From Octopus vulgaris (lineage: Eukaryota), in the NCBI GenBank assembly GCA_951406725.2, contig OX597826.1, forward strand, positions 73,718,001 through 73,782,000: DNA of 64,000 nt, given 5' to 3'. Below the pieces are notes generated by a model. That model had not been told where the DNA came from. It did no database searches and saw nothing but the letters and a program-made list of their open reading frames with translations. Positions 35,373 through 48,402 of this stretch are shown here, piece after piece. Each line of letters opens with the position of its first letter. The stretch's first letter is position 1. The translations under genes and the position numbers were made by a program.

Positions 35373-35670
35373 GGTGGAAAAAAGAGTACTCAAATACCAG
35401 TGGTAGAGTAATATGCTTTATTTAAAGCAGCAGAAAATTCAACAAAATCTGTTACTCTGAGTTTCTCGTTGCCGTTCATCAGACAGTTTTTGCCGTTCAT
35501 CAGACAGTTTTTGCTATAATAGCAAAAACTGTCTGATGAACGGCAACGAGAAACTCAGAGTAACAGATTTTGTTGAATTTTCTGCTGCTTTAAATAAAGC
35601 ATATTACTCTACCACTGGTATTTGAGTACTCTTTTTTCCACCTTGTTTCACATTTATGTGTTTACTCCGG
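35373..35670. mobile_element. Palindromic (inverted-dimer) Penelope pLTR/retrozyme-like element in (TA)n
   Basis: 124-bp perfect inverted arms around 35518, a 21-bp duplication in the left arm, and a hammerhead core in each arm. Confidence 0.7.
35525..35571 (+). ncRNA. Minimal type-I hammerhead ribozyme motif (mirror copy on the - strand in the left arm)
   Basis: CTGT-CTGATGA-A-CG-GCAA-CG-A-GAAA-CTCAGAG-TA-ACAG: helix I CUGU/ACAG, quasi-palindromic helix III ACUC-A-GAGU, GUA cleavage triplet. The helix II closing pair is non-canonical. Confidence 0.6.
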
Positions 35671-38149
35671 TATATATATACATGTATATATGAAGCGAAA
35701 TTGTAACTAGCAACAAGGAATGTGTGTCTGTGTGTGTGTTTGACACAATGGTGATAGTGGGGGAAGCGGAAGCAAGCATAGTATATATTTTCTCTGTGAG
35801 AAAAGCACTTTAAGAGTAAAGGGAAGCTATGTCTAACTAACCTGACAACCAGCTGACACAGTTAAGTCAGAATGACTTTATGCTTTATTGTTCTTCATGG
35901 CTGCTTATGTTTTTTTTCTCCCTCTTCCCACTACACTGGAAGCCATGGAAAAGACGACTGAATCTGTGTGCGTGCGTGTTCGTGTATGTGTGTGTGTGTT
36001 CGTGTTTGTGGGTGAGTGTGTAAGCGCAAAGGTATGTATGTATATGAGTATGTTGAATGTTATGCTAGGCCTATAAAGGTTGTTGATATTCCATATTCAG
36101 TGTCACTGCATTTTTTCTGTTCTGTATACTTCCTTTATTAAAATATAGATCATGCACGAACAACCTTTTCACAAGAAGTGGGCCAAATGAGACATGACTC
36201 AAAGGTAAGCCGCACCACTAGAAAAATTTTCAAGGTAATTTTTCATTAGACGCCCTATTCAGAAAGTTCCACGGGCCGTAGTTTGCTTATGGACTGCAGT
36301 TGATATATTAATCACTTCTATCTCATGCAGAATTTAACATCTCCCTCGAAATTTAATGATACCAAAAAAAAAAAGGCCTTTGCTTTCACATTACAATCGA
36401 CTCCCGTCAATGATACCTGATATTCTAAATATTTCAGTTAATCGATTTCATTGGCATTATATTTCTCATGTGAGGGCATGTGGCCTAGTGGTTAAGAACG
36501 TTGCTCGCACGATCGCTAGATCGTGGGTTCGATTCTCGGAGCGCGCGGCGCGTTGTGTTCCTGGGCAAAACACTTAATTTCATGATGCTTGAGTTCGTTC
36601 AGCTGTTAATGGGTAACGCTGCAACAGAAGAGCCCTTCCGATCAGGGTAAATGTTGGCCTGCTCGCCTAGCAAGTGGGGTAGCATCACACAAGAGCTAAA
36701 ACGATGCAAAGTTCATTGTGTAGTCCATAGGTTCACAAAGTGGGCGCTACCGTTCTCCCCACCCCTGTGGGCGTTGAGACGGTCCAAGGTGGGCGCTGGT
36801 GCCTAAGGGGCGGTAGAGAAAAAGGCGGCATTGGGAGGAAAGCAGTGAATTGGGGGATGCTAGGAATTTATTATATTAATATAGTTATTGTATACTAATT
36901 ATATATCATATCAAATGATTCACAGTATATATAAGTAAAATATAAAATATTGATTTATATATAGGAGTAGGAGTGACTGTGTGGTAAGTAGCTTGCTTAC
37001 CCACCACATTGTTCCGGGTTCAGTCCCATTGCGTGGCACCTTGGGCAAGTGTCTTCTACTATAGCCTCAGGTTGACCAAAGCCTTGGGAGTGGATTTGGT
37101 AGACGGAAACTGAAAGAAGCCCGTTGTATATAGGTGTACATATATATATATATGTGTGTGTCTGTGTTTGTCCCCCCAACATTGCTTGACATGTTTACAT
37201 CCCCGTAACTTAGCAGTTCGGCAAAAGAGACCGATAGAATAAGTACTAGGCTTACAAAGAATAAGTCCCGGGGTCCATTTGCTCAACTAAAGGCGGTGCT
37301 CCAGCATGGCCACAGTCAAATGACTGAAACAAAGTAAAAGAGAAAAAGGGAAAGAGGGTGTCTCCTCCCTCCTAACTTAATCAATTCATCAAGTTGTTTT
37401 TTTTGTATTTATTTTACTCACTACTTTAACGTCTACATTTCCATGCTTGCATGAGTCAGATGGAACTTGTTGAAGTGGATTTTCTATGGCAGGATGCCCT
37501 TCCTGTAAATGACCCCCTCACTTGTTTCCAAATAAGATAATGTTTCCCCCATGACCAGACGAGTTTTTCACAGAAAACTGGAAATGAATGATACTGCTAG
37601 TATGACAGTGACACTCGTTTACAACTATCAGGCAATACCAAGGCAAGGAGACAGGAACACACTCGAACACACACACACATCTTTTATCTTTTACTTATTT
37701 CAGTCATTTGAAAGGTTTTAGTCAAACAAATTGACCCTGGGCCTTATTATTTTTTGGAGGCTAGTACCTATTCTTTCAGTCTTTTTTGCCGAACTGCTAA
37801 GTTACAGGTATGTAAATACATCATCACCCATTGTCAAGTGGTCGTGGAGGACAAACACAGACACAGAGACACACACACATAGATATATACATAAATATAT
37901 ATACAACAGGCTTCTTTCAGTTTCCGTCTACCAAATCCACTCACAAGGCTTTAGTTGACCTGAGGCCATAGTAAAAGGCTCTTGCCCAAGGTACTATGCA
38001 GTGGGACTGAACCTAGAACCATGTGGTTGGGAAGCAGGCTTATTACCACACAGCTACACCTGTGCCTATATATACATATATATGTTTAGGAAATACATTG
38101 TTATGGCTGGTCATAGAGTGACCATTGGTTTCACATCTATAAGGTGGAT

Positions 38150-38572
38150 AGCCATATAGGTGACTCCTCAGACTCAAATGGCCAAAAGCATTATTTCGAA
38201 CATTGGGCCTCATGGAGGCAAAGTGGTTGAGTTCCTTTCAAGTGTTGGGCCTCACAGAGGCAATGACCAAGACCTTTGGCATTATGTCATGCTTGAGAAA
38301 TAAACCCATCAAGCTGCAAAATTTCCAGTCGTGGCAGATACCGGTGTCATGCAAACTGGCACCCGTGCCAGTGGCTTGTAAACACACCCCAGTGTCATGC
38401 AAATGGCACGTAAAAGCACCCATTACACTCTGAGGGTAGTTGGTGTTAGGAAGGGCATCCAACCGTAGAAAATCATGGTAAATCAGACTAGAGTTTGGTA
38501 CAACCTTCCAGCATTCCAGCCCAGTCAAACCATGCCAGCATGGATAACTGACAGCAAATGATGATGATGATG
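38150..38572 (+). mobile_element. RTE LINE 3' end fragment
   Basis: LGLTEAMT...LW segment followed by the same 3' UTR and (GAT)n tail. Confidence 0.7.
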
Positions 38573-38589
38573 ATCTCACACACACACAG

Positions 38590-39820
38590 TTTCAACAATA
38601 ATAACACAATATCAATAAAAAAACATCCTATCAATAGAACAAGCTGAAATTTACTGGAGACCAGTATGGGAAAACAATAATGGATTCAACATAAATGCTG
38701 ATGAATTACAAGAAGGATATTACAAGCATGTTGAACAAAAGCTTTACAAAATCAACAGTGCGGAACTATAAACAATCCTGTAAAAAAATACCAAACAGGA
38801 AATTCTCTGACCCAGATCATATTACAGGATATTGATAGATATCTTAATTATTATCAAGCAAGATTTATGAACACTGTATTAGAAAAGTATCACAGGTATA
38901 TTAAACACACCCACATTGCTGTCAACAAACATCAATCTTCTCATACCCCAAAATAGTGAAACTATAGAAGCTAAAAATTATCACCCAATAGCCTGCCAAA
39001 TATCATATATAAGATGTAGTACCTTGGCTGCCTCAACCAGTTGCTACAGGATCATTCTATCACAAAGAATATTATAATTCCTTAACCCTTTCATTACTGT
39101 ATTTATTTTGAGATCCTCTCTGTTTCTTTCAATTACTTTAAATATAACTAAGAATTTAGTAAAATAACTTAGTTATAATTAAGCTAGTGTTAAGCACATA
39201 AATTGTGACTAAAGTTTGGTGGAAGATATTAATACAAAACTTATGAAAACAAGACATTTGTACTCAGAGCCAGTTTCAGCCGGTTTCAGCCAGATTGGTA
39301 ACGAAAGGGTTAACAAGCTGTGGGAAGATAGAAAGTGGTAGGGATATTTTGAACATCTAGTGATTAACAAACTGATTCAAGAAAGAACTGCAGGAATTTG
39401 GTTGTGATGCGGTTGAATTACCAAAAAGTGGAATCCCAAAGTCCTGCAATTAGACAATGTCCCCACCACTACCTCACCAAAGACTGGTACACCTCCCAAC
39501 TTCTTAAAGGCAACAACATAAACATAAAATCTGACACCAAACATTATCAGAAAGGCATCCTACAGGGTGAAAGCCTGTCAGTATTAGTGTTGGTTTTCAC
39601 ATTAAATCCCCGATCATATTTGATCAAAAATATAGCAGCATAAGAATGGATCCAGTAATATGTCTGACTTTCTCTTTGTTGATGAACTGAAGTTGTATGG
39701 GCCAAATATTAACCTCATCAAAAGGCAACTGGATCTCACAACCCAATTCTCTACAGATTTTGGAATGAAATTTGGTGAGTTTATATGTATATTTTCGGTG
39801 GTAAAATGTGGGAAACTTGT
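38590..39820 (+). mobile_element. Decayed R4/Dong-like (RLE-clade) LINE RT
   Basis: YWRPVWEN, AKNYHPIAC, KGILQGESLS.LV..FTLNP, FLFVDELKLY and FSTDFGMKFG, with many stops and frameshifts. Confidence 0.7.
39086..39309. mobile_element. piggyBac-type MITE, copy 3, nested in the R4/Dong-like LINE relic
   Basis: TTAA at 39082-39085 and 39310-39313; TIR CCCTTTCATTAC/GTAACGAAAGGG. Confidence 0.85.
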
Positions 39821-39834
39821 GCCCTCCGCCTTAT

Positions 39835-40680
39835 CCTCATCATCATTTAATGTCCTTTGTCCTTGCTGGCATGGGTTAGACAGTTTGACCAGGCTAGCAT
39901 GCTAGAAAGCTGCTCCAGATTCCAGTCTGATTTACCATGGTTTTCTACAGCTGGATGCCATTCCTAAAGCCAACCACTCCGAGAGTGTAATGAGTGCTTT
40001 TACATGCCACCAGCATGGATAGCAATTTACATGACACCGGTGTCTGTCACAACTGCAATTCTGCTCAAGCATGACATAATGCCAAAGGTCTGAGTCTTTG
40101 CTTCTGTGAGACCCAAGACTCAAAAGGAACTCAGCAACTTTGCCTCCGTGAGGACCAAAGCTTGAAAAGCATTCTTTACATACCACCAGCATGAGTGCAC
40201 TTGGCTTGACAGGTCCTCTCAAGCACAGTACATTGCCATAGATCTTGGTCACCAGCCATTGCCTCTGTGAGGCTCAAAGTTCGAAGATCATACTTCACCA
40301 TCTCGTTCCATGTCTTCCTGGGTCTACCTCTGCCACAGACTCCTTTCACAGTTAGAGATTGGCACTTCTTTACACAGCTGTCCTCGTCCATACACATCAC
40401 ATGACCATACCAGTGCAGTCGTCTCTCTTCCACACCACATCTGATGCCTAACTTTTCTCTCAAGATGCTTACACTCTGCTGAACATGTACACTGACATTG
40501 TACACCCAACGAAGCATACTGATATCACTTCTTTCAAACCTACGCATGTCCTTGGCTGTCACAACCCATATTTCACTGCCATGCAGCATAGCTATTTGCA
40601 CACAGGTATCAAACAATCTGCCTTTTACTCTGAGAGAGAACTTGAGAAGAGGCATGAAAGTAGAGTTGATGCATAGCTCT
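39835..40680 (-). mobile_element. RTE LINE ORF C-terminus plus 3' UTR and tail
   Basis: KGRLFDTCV..AMLHGSE.W, MLRW, RRLHWYGHV and GRGRPRKTW (ORF 40176-40655). Confidence 0.88.
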
Positions 40681-41448
40681 CCACAAAGAGTGTTGGTGAG
40701 TTTTATTTATCAGAACAAGAAAATGAAAAAAATGCATAAGTAAGCTTAGTACTTATTCTATCGGTCTCTTTGCTGAACTGCTAAGTTATGGGGATGTAAA
40801 CACACCAGCATCGGTTGTCAAGTGATGTTGGGGGGACAAACACAGACACACAAGCATACACATACACACTCACACACATATATGACGGGCTTCTTTCAGT
40901 TTCCGTCTACCAAATCCACTCACAAGATTTCGGTCGGCCCGAGGCTATAATAGAAGACACTTGCCCAAGATGCCACGCAGTGGAACTAAACCCAGAACCA
41001 TGTGGTTCACAAGCAAGCTACTTACCACACAGCCACTCCTATGCCTACTCCTACGAATATCTAGAATTTGTTTCAAATCTCTTGTTTTCCTCCTAATGTC
41101 TAATGAGATAAGCATTTTCTACATGCCCATGAAACTTTAAATTATATGGAGATAAAGCAAATTGTTATTATGTATGTGTGTATATATTTGTGCATTCATG
41201 TGTGTGTGTGTCTGTGTTATAATCATCAGCATTTAACATCCACTTTCCCTGCTGGCATGGGTTGGATGGTTTGACAGGAATTGGTAAGGCCAGGAGCCAC
41301 ACCAAGCTCCATTGTCTGTTTTGATATAGTTTTTACAGTTGGATGCCCTTCCTGATGCCAACCCCTTTACAGAGTGTACTGGGTGCTTTTTGCATAGCAC
41401 CAGCACTGACAGGGTCTATGTGGTACCAGAGATAAAAGAGAAGGAAAT

Positions 41449-41833
41449 ACACGAATATCAATACCTTACAACATACATTCTTGATTTATTAAAATTATCT
41501 CCATCTCTAAAAGACGTGTTCCAATTATCAAATGGTAACTGGGAACAGCTGAAGCTGAGAAAGGGAGATAATCTCAAGAATCAAGAATTGTAGAGCTGGG
41601 GACGCCTGTTGAGGTAGAAACTAGTGCCCACGACTGTCCTCGTCTCCAGACAATAAATTTGTCCGTCCCCAAATGACATGTCAACTTAGGAGAAATCTTC
41701 AGTTTAAAAATTATCTCCCCTTCTCGTAAGCGGTTGTTCTTATTACCATTTGGTAATTAGGATAAATTCTCTAAAAGTGGAGATATTTTTAATAAATCGA
41801 GAATTTATGTTGCATGGCTTTTGATTTTCCTGT
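41449..41833. mobile_element. MITE with ~125-bp imperfect terminal inverted repeats
   Basis: 41449-41572 (..CAACATACATTCTTGATTTATTAAAATTATCTCCA...GGGAGATAAT) is the diverged reverse complement of 41710-41833; TA on both sides. Confidence 0.65.
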
Positions 41834-43359
41834 ATCTGGCGATGTTGTTCATATACAGATCACTGGCCTCTCCGAGTTATTTCTCTTAGCTCATTTTGTT
41901 TAGTGCGAGAGCGAGCGAGAGATAACAACAGTCAGTGCTATCGATATATACAAGGTCCTCAGCTGCTGACCCAGCTTAGCTAAAAGGTCACTTCCGATTA
42001 ATATACACTACAATCTATTTAACTTCAATGCCATCGCTTGGCCCCGTATACATGTGTGTGCACGTGAGTGTGAGTGTGGGTGCGTGCGCGAGCGTGTTAA
42101 TGGAGGAAATAACGAATTCCAACTTAAAAATAAGACTTGTTTCAGTCATTTTATTTCCTGGTTATTCACACTAACACACATTATTTGATATACTCGTGCA
42201 TGTGTTTGATTACTTCTACACCTATATTCATACAGATGGATATGTTTGTGCTTGTGTGTGTGTGTGGGTGTGTTTACACAAAGTGTATCTGAATAGGGGC
42301 TACAAGAGAGACCAACGGGCGGGTGAAAGAACAGTTTTATTGAAATGGAATATTCTCAAGTGTTCCCTAGCTTCAGGGAAGAGAGAGAGATAGAGAGAGA
42401 GGCTTTTTGAAGTATTATAGCATTATGTATGTTTTCCCTCTCCACAGCCTTGACTAAATCCCTCTTACCTAAGCAGCACTACATTCTGACCCTTAAACGA
42501 CTTTCTGCACAGCGGAGTTTACCTGATAAATTTATCACTTATTTATCCTTTATAGCTGGAAAAAAGGAAAAGAAAAGAAAATCAATGAAACCCGCTGTTT
42601 TTGTTTCCAGAAGATTCCTCTATTACTGTCTTTCTTGTCAATATCTCGTTATTTTTTGACAGAGAAAGAGGGGGGAGTAGTTTCTCCCATTCAGTCATCA
42701 TTACCCGCACCACCACCACCACCACCACCATTGTCCCCTCTAACTACCTCCACCATCATCACCATCACTGCCACCGTTATGCTTCTACTATCACTATCTT
42801 CACCATAGTCGCCGTTACCACCATCTTACTAGTCATCACCAAGTCTCCACTATCACCCCAAGTCAACGTGAGATCCTGTTCGTGGCTGCTCGAAAGGGTA
42901 GAAATAGTAACCAAATCTCCCTTAAATCACTCTCTACCGTCTCAAAAAAAAAAAGGATGCCTTGTATAATGTAGTCCTGGATTCCCTGTGCCCGTGAAAA
43001 TAAGGGGATATTTATGGATTGGTGGAATACCTTTGATCATAGTGCGCTCATTCAGTACTACCTTGGGCTAAACAACTATCCAGCCCACTCACGTCATCAC
43101 TACTACTATCACCATAGTTACTACCATCAACCACCACCATCCGACTGCTAACACAACTATTACATCTATGTTCACCTCCATTACCATCACCACCACCACC
43201 ACTCTGCCGCCGCCGCCGCCACGATATCATGTCTTGAACATTTTAGTTTAAACTCTTTCCGTAAAAGCATGGCGATTGCTTTCACTTCCCAACTACATTC
43301 GACCATCTTTATAAAAATACAAGCTTCTTTCGTTAAGATGACGACGACGTAAATGGTGG

Positions 43360-44085
43360 CGGTGTATCAGAAGTGTATGAAAGATGCAGAAAGAATTGAT
43401 GGAGTGAGAGAAGAGAGCAAGTGAGAGGAGTGGAAGAGAGGTAGCGTGAGTTATGTGACATATTGAAAAGAGAAATAAATGAATGAGTGGAATAATGTGA
43501 GAGAAGAAGAGGAAGAAGTAGTTTGGTAAACGAGAAGGAGGAGGAGAGTAGGTAGAAAACACGAAGAGAGAGAGAGAGAGGGTGATAAAGTGAGAGGAGG
43601 AATGTGAGGTAGTGGCATGAGAACAGAGAGAGAAGAGTGACAGAGAGGAGTAAGAAAGAGGGAGGAATGTGAAAAATTAAGGAGAAAAAGGGAAGTGAAG
43701 GAAAAAAGAAAGGTTAAAGAGATGTAGTGAAGGTAAAGGAGGATGAGGTTGCAGGCATGTGAAAGAGCAAATTGATGAAAGGAGAGTAAGAGGAACAGAG
43801 AGGGAGAAAACTCAAGGGACGGGAATAGGAAAGGTAAGAAAATGGAGGGGAAAGCAGGGAAGTTGAGAGGTAGGGAGCTGTGAGAGAGAGGTAGGGATTT
43901 GGGGGAAGAGGAAGAGGTAGAGAGTTTTGGGCAACGAGAAAGAGAGGCGGAGAAGTATTGCGAGAGGTAGAGTAAGGATGTAGCCAGGTAGGAACAACGG
44001 ACGAGAAAAGAGAGAGAGAGTAGAAAAGTAAGGAATCAGGAGAAAAAGGAGCAGGAGGTTATGAGAGAGTGAAATAGAAAGGCAG
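43360..44085. repeat. Long polypurine (GA-rich) low-complexity tract
   Basis: Direct reading. Confidence 0.85.
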
Positions 44086-45060
44086 GGAGTCCAGATGCAG
44101 GATGTTACGGAAAACGGTAGATTTAAGAGGAGGTTGAAACAAGGTACTAGAGAGACAGGGTGCTATAAATGATGCTTAGATTCAACGACTGATTAACATG
44201 CAATCGCTCAGCAACGAACTCCAACCTTTGGTACACAGACCGGCTTGTCTCCTGTCTGTATTTTCTACAGTAATTAGAGGGGCCTCTGGTCTTCTGAGGT
44301 GACTGGCCTTGTATCAGATTAACCCGGCCCCACCTTACTAACTCCTCTTGCCTCTGTCCATCACTTACATTATGTCCGCTACCCTAGGCCCCACTTAATG
44401 CTCATGATCCTTCGTCCCTTGAACGCCAGCCGGCCACAACTCTTAACCTGTACATTTTCCCTGCAGCTATCGACCTATCCGTGCATCAGTCTTATCTTCC
44501 TCCGAGAGCCTGCGAATAGTTCCTTCCTACAAACCAAGCCAATATTTTTTTTTAAAGGGAGTACTAGTGAGAATGGACCTTGGGAGACTGAAAGATGCCG
44601 GAGATAGAAGTGCTAGGGAGACAGTAAGAAATAAAAAAGATAGAGCCAAAAAGGAGAAAATAGAGTGCATGGATACACGAGAGTAAGGAGAGAGACGGAG
44701 GGCGGGAGAAATGACGGAAGAAAGATTTAGAAATAAAAGTCAATGGTTAAATAGAATAAGAAGGTAAAAAAATCAATAAGATTTAAGCACCAAGATGTTA
44801 TTTATTTAGTTCTCTTTTCTAAACAATCTCATCTTTCTCAATTACACACACACACACACATATATTACTTTGTACTAAGTCTCACACTTCCCCACCACCA
44901 CCACCACCACCACCATTTCCCCTGTTACTATTCCAGATTGTTTCTTCTTTGCTTTCTTCCACCTTTTTCCGTCATTCATTTTCCATTATTTTTTCTTTTC
45001 CTCGTTCACTCTAATTTTATCTCCGCCCGCCTTCGCTTTTATATATCTCCGCCTCACTCA

Positions 45061-45098
<38 letters not shown>

Positions 45099-45889
45099 TT
45101 CTCTCTCTCTACATTTGTCCCTCCCATTCCTTCTTCATCTCTTCCACATCGCCCATCCACCCCTCTTGCTGACTGTCCAACTGAAGCAAAATAGACAACA
45201 TTTTATTAACTATCCTGTATTTCATTTAGCTTTCAAAAGATAATAATTCAATCCATTTCCTCCTCCTCCTTCTCTTTCACCACCCACCCCTGCCATTGCA
45301 GACTTTAGCCCAGTTTACAACCTTCTCCTTCACACAAGCACTCGATGCCTGCTTTCTATGTTTTTTGTTACCTTTTCCTCTCTTTATTTACAGCTCATAA
45401 TCCACGATTGCTACAGCTGTACAGAAACACTTGCTTCTTGCAATTAACCAGCTCAATACTAGAAACATTGCCGTTCTTGTTATTCCTCCCTATATATACC
45501 TGCCATTCTATTTAGTAGTTTCAATCAAATATTCTTCTGGGCAGATCAACGTAGTCCCCTTAACAAATGCTTAGCTCCTTTTACAAAGGTAGGATAAAGA
45601 CCTTTAGGAGAAGCATCCAATACCCAAATCTTGCCTGTTCTGACTACACCAACCCTATAAATCTGAGATGTTCAGATTACGTAAAGCAATCGTTAAGATT
45701 TGTGTGAATGAAAGAACAGCAAATGCTGGTGGGTAATGTGAACCTGTAAGTATGTATGTCTGGATTATATAGTGAGAAGATGTGTTGGAGGGGAGAGAGA
45801 GAGAAAGGGAGAGAGGGTTGACTGGTTTAGTTAGGAGTCAGGGTAAGGAGAAAGATCCAAGTATGCAGGTTATGCTTTGTTTTCTCTCT

Positions 45890-46208
45890 CTCTCTCCCTG
45901 TATACCCCTCTTTCTCTCTCTGTATACCTCTCTTTTTCTCTCTGTATACCTCTCTCTCTCTCTGTATACCTCTCTCTCTGTATACCTACCTTTCTCTTTC
46001 TCTGTATACTTCTCTTTCTCTCTCTGTATACCTCTCTTTCTCTATACCTCTCTTTCTCTCTCTCTCTGTATACCTATCTTTCTCTCTCTGTATACCTCTC
46101 TTTCTCTCTGTATACCTCTCTTTCTGTCTGTATACCTCTCTTTCTCTCTCTGTATACCTCTCTTTCTCTCTGTGTACCCCTCTCTCTCCGTATACCTCTC
46201 TTTCTCTT
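45890..46208. repeat. CT-rich minisatellite, unit about CTGTATACCTCTCTTTCTCT, about 15 copies
   Basis: Repeated TGTATACC core at 18-22 bp spacing. Confidence 0.9.
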
Positions 46209-47063
46209 TAGCTAGATTAACACGCATACATGAACTGGCCATATATTCACTTCGGAACAATCACTCACACCGACGACACAAACACAAATTATACGTACAT
46301 ACTGTGCACCAAATGCCACACTTGGAAAAATAACAACAGAAGCATACATTGACTTATATAGGCAGGCGCACATACACACACAGCATTCATACTTCTGTTA
46401 AACAAGCAGGTCGTAATAAAAGCACTTTTAAATGTGACATGGCGAAGTAATACACATCAATGACCGATCATACGTGAAATGTCGCAGAGACATGTCACAC
46501 AATATAAAAACAAAGGATTTAATGTATACCACTAATAAGGATAATTATCTACCAGCTGAATAATTTATGATAATTGTTAATTATCTGCAAGTTAGCTACT
46601 TAATTAAACTGGTGAACCTTAGAGCAGATTTAGTCCATATTCACAGCTTTTATCTTCTAAAGATATTGCTGCCGTATTTTGGCCACTGATAGAATATGTC
46701 GACTTCTAGAAACATAAAAGATGGCAGTATGTGTTAAATATTGCCTAACTGTCTTGAACAACCAATATAAAAGTCTTCTGAATATTTCTATTGTGTAATA
46801 AGCAGTTTAATTCCTGTTTACGCGTACACCTGATAGTGCTCTGTTGAACTAGTTATTCACTACTACTAACAATGTGTGATTCCGTGTGTATGGCTGAGTG
46901 TGGGGGGTTCTGTGTGTGTACATAATTTGACAGAAGCTTCCATTTTAATTTCTGTTTTAGATAGAAAGCAATATGTCAGTCAGTGTATTATTGGATCGCT
47001 TTCATTCTTTCTGACTCTCCTTCACCTCCCATCTCTGTCTTTCTGTTCCCCCCCTCTCTCTCT

Positions 47064-47097
<34 letters not shown>

Positions 47098-47113
47098 CTC
47101 TCTCTCTCTCTCT

Positions 47114-47148
<35 letters not shown>

Positions 47149-48104
47149 CTTCTCTTTCAAACACATTGCCAATATTGCAGATATTAATACACTCAGCCAC
47201 TTCAAACAAAACACTTCTTCACTGACATTTTCTTAATGTATCACCAACTCAACCACCACCGCCTCCACCATCACAGTAAATTAGATTGCTGAAATGGCTT
47301 ACAAGTAATAACCAGATGTGGAAACATCAACTGTGTTAGATCCTTTCTAACACTCAGAGGAAAGTTCACTTGATAATTTAGTCTTGAAAACTTATGTAAA
47401 ACGTGGAGAGCAGATGTGTTTTAAAGCAGCTAAGTCTGCAGGAAGTTCACAGCTACAACATAAAATACTCCAGTGTTGGCCTTGTTACATACCATGTTGT
47501 TATCATCACCATCAACATCATTTTACGCTCGCTTTCCATGCCGACATGGGTTAGGCGGGTCAAGAATCTAGTCAGTTCTCGTTAAAATCTGCTGCTTTCA
47601 TAGACTAGCGCCCGTACGTTTGTCATTTTGGTTTGGTTTCAACGGCCTCATGTCCTTCCTATCACCAATCACTTTTACAGAGTGTACTTTGCGTATTTTT
47701 CGTGACACTAGCTCTAGAAAGTTTGTCAAGTCCTTGGCGAAATAAAATTAAAGAGACTACTCGACCTAACCCTTTCTTCGTTTCTTTGCTCTTTGCCTTA
47801 TATCGGTCGTGTGCAACCAACGGCCTGCAGGGATTTCTGAATGGCACGCCAAACGAACAGTTACCTCCATCTTTTTTTTTTCTAGTAATGTGACCCACCT
47901 GAATAAGTCATGTCTGATGTGGCCCGTTTCTCGAAAAGAAATGCCCAGACCAGCTTTATACTAAGTATGGGGTGTATTTTTTTCGTGGCACTAGCAGTAG
48001 AAGGGTCAAATCCTAGACTAAAAGGACCCTTCAATCCCACTTCTGCTCATTCTTTTAACTCACCCTAAAGACAGGGGTGTTTTGTAGGGAGTACTCAGTA
48101 CTCT

Positions 48105-48402
48105 GTGGAGGCACATGGCCTAGTGGTTAGAGCAGCGGATACACGGTCGAGGCACTTTGGGTTCGAATCTCAGACCGGGTGATGTGTGTGTTTATGAGTG
48201 AAACACCTAAGCTCCACGCGGATCCGACAGAAGGTAATGGCAAACTTCTGCTGACTCTTTCGCTACAACTTTCTCTCACTCTTTCCTCCTGCATCTTGCA
48301 GCTCACCTGCGACGGACCGGCGTCCCATCCAGGTGAGGAACCTATACACCAAGGAAATCGGCCCTTATGAGCCAGGCGTGGCTCAAGAAGGAACAAACAA
48401 CA
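48105..48402 (+). mobile_element. tRNA-derived SINE, full length with TSD
   Basis: TGGCCTAGTGGTTAG...GGTTCGAATC boxes, (CAA)n tail, TSD ACTCA(G/C)TACTCT at 48093-48104 and 48403-48414. Confidence 0.8.

Noticed and set aside
45782-46333. 183-aa hydrophobic ORF (likewise 23980-24549 and the YIYI/CVCV/SLSL ORFs)
   Set aside because: These are translations of mini- and microsatellites or low-complexity DNA.
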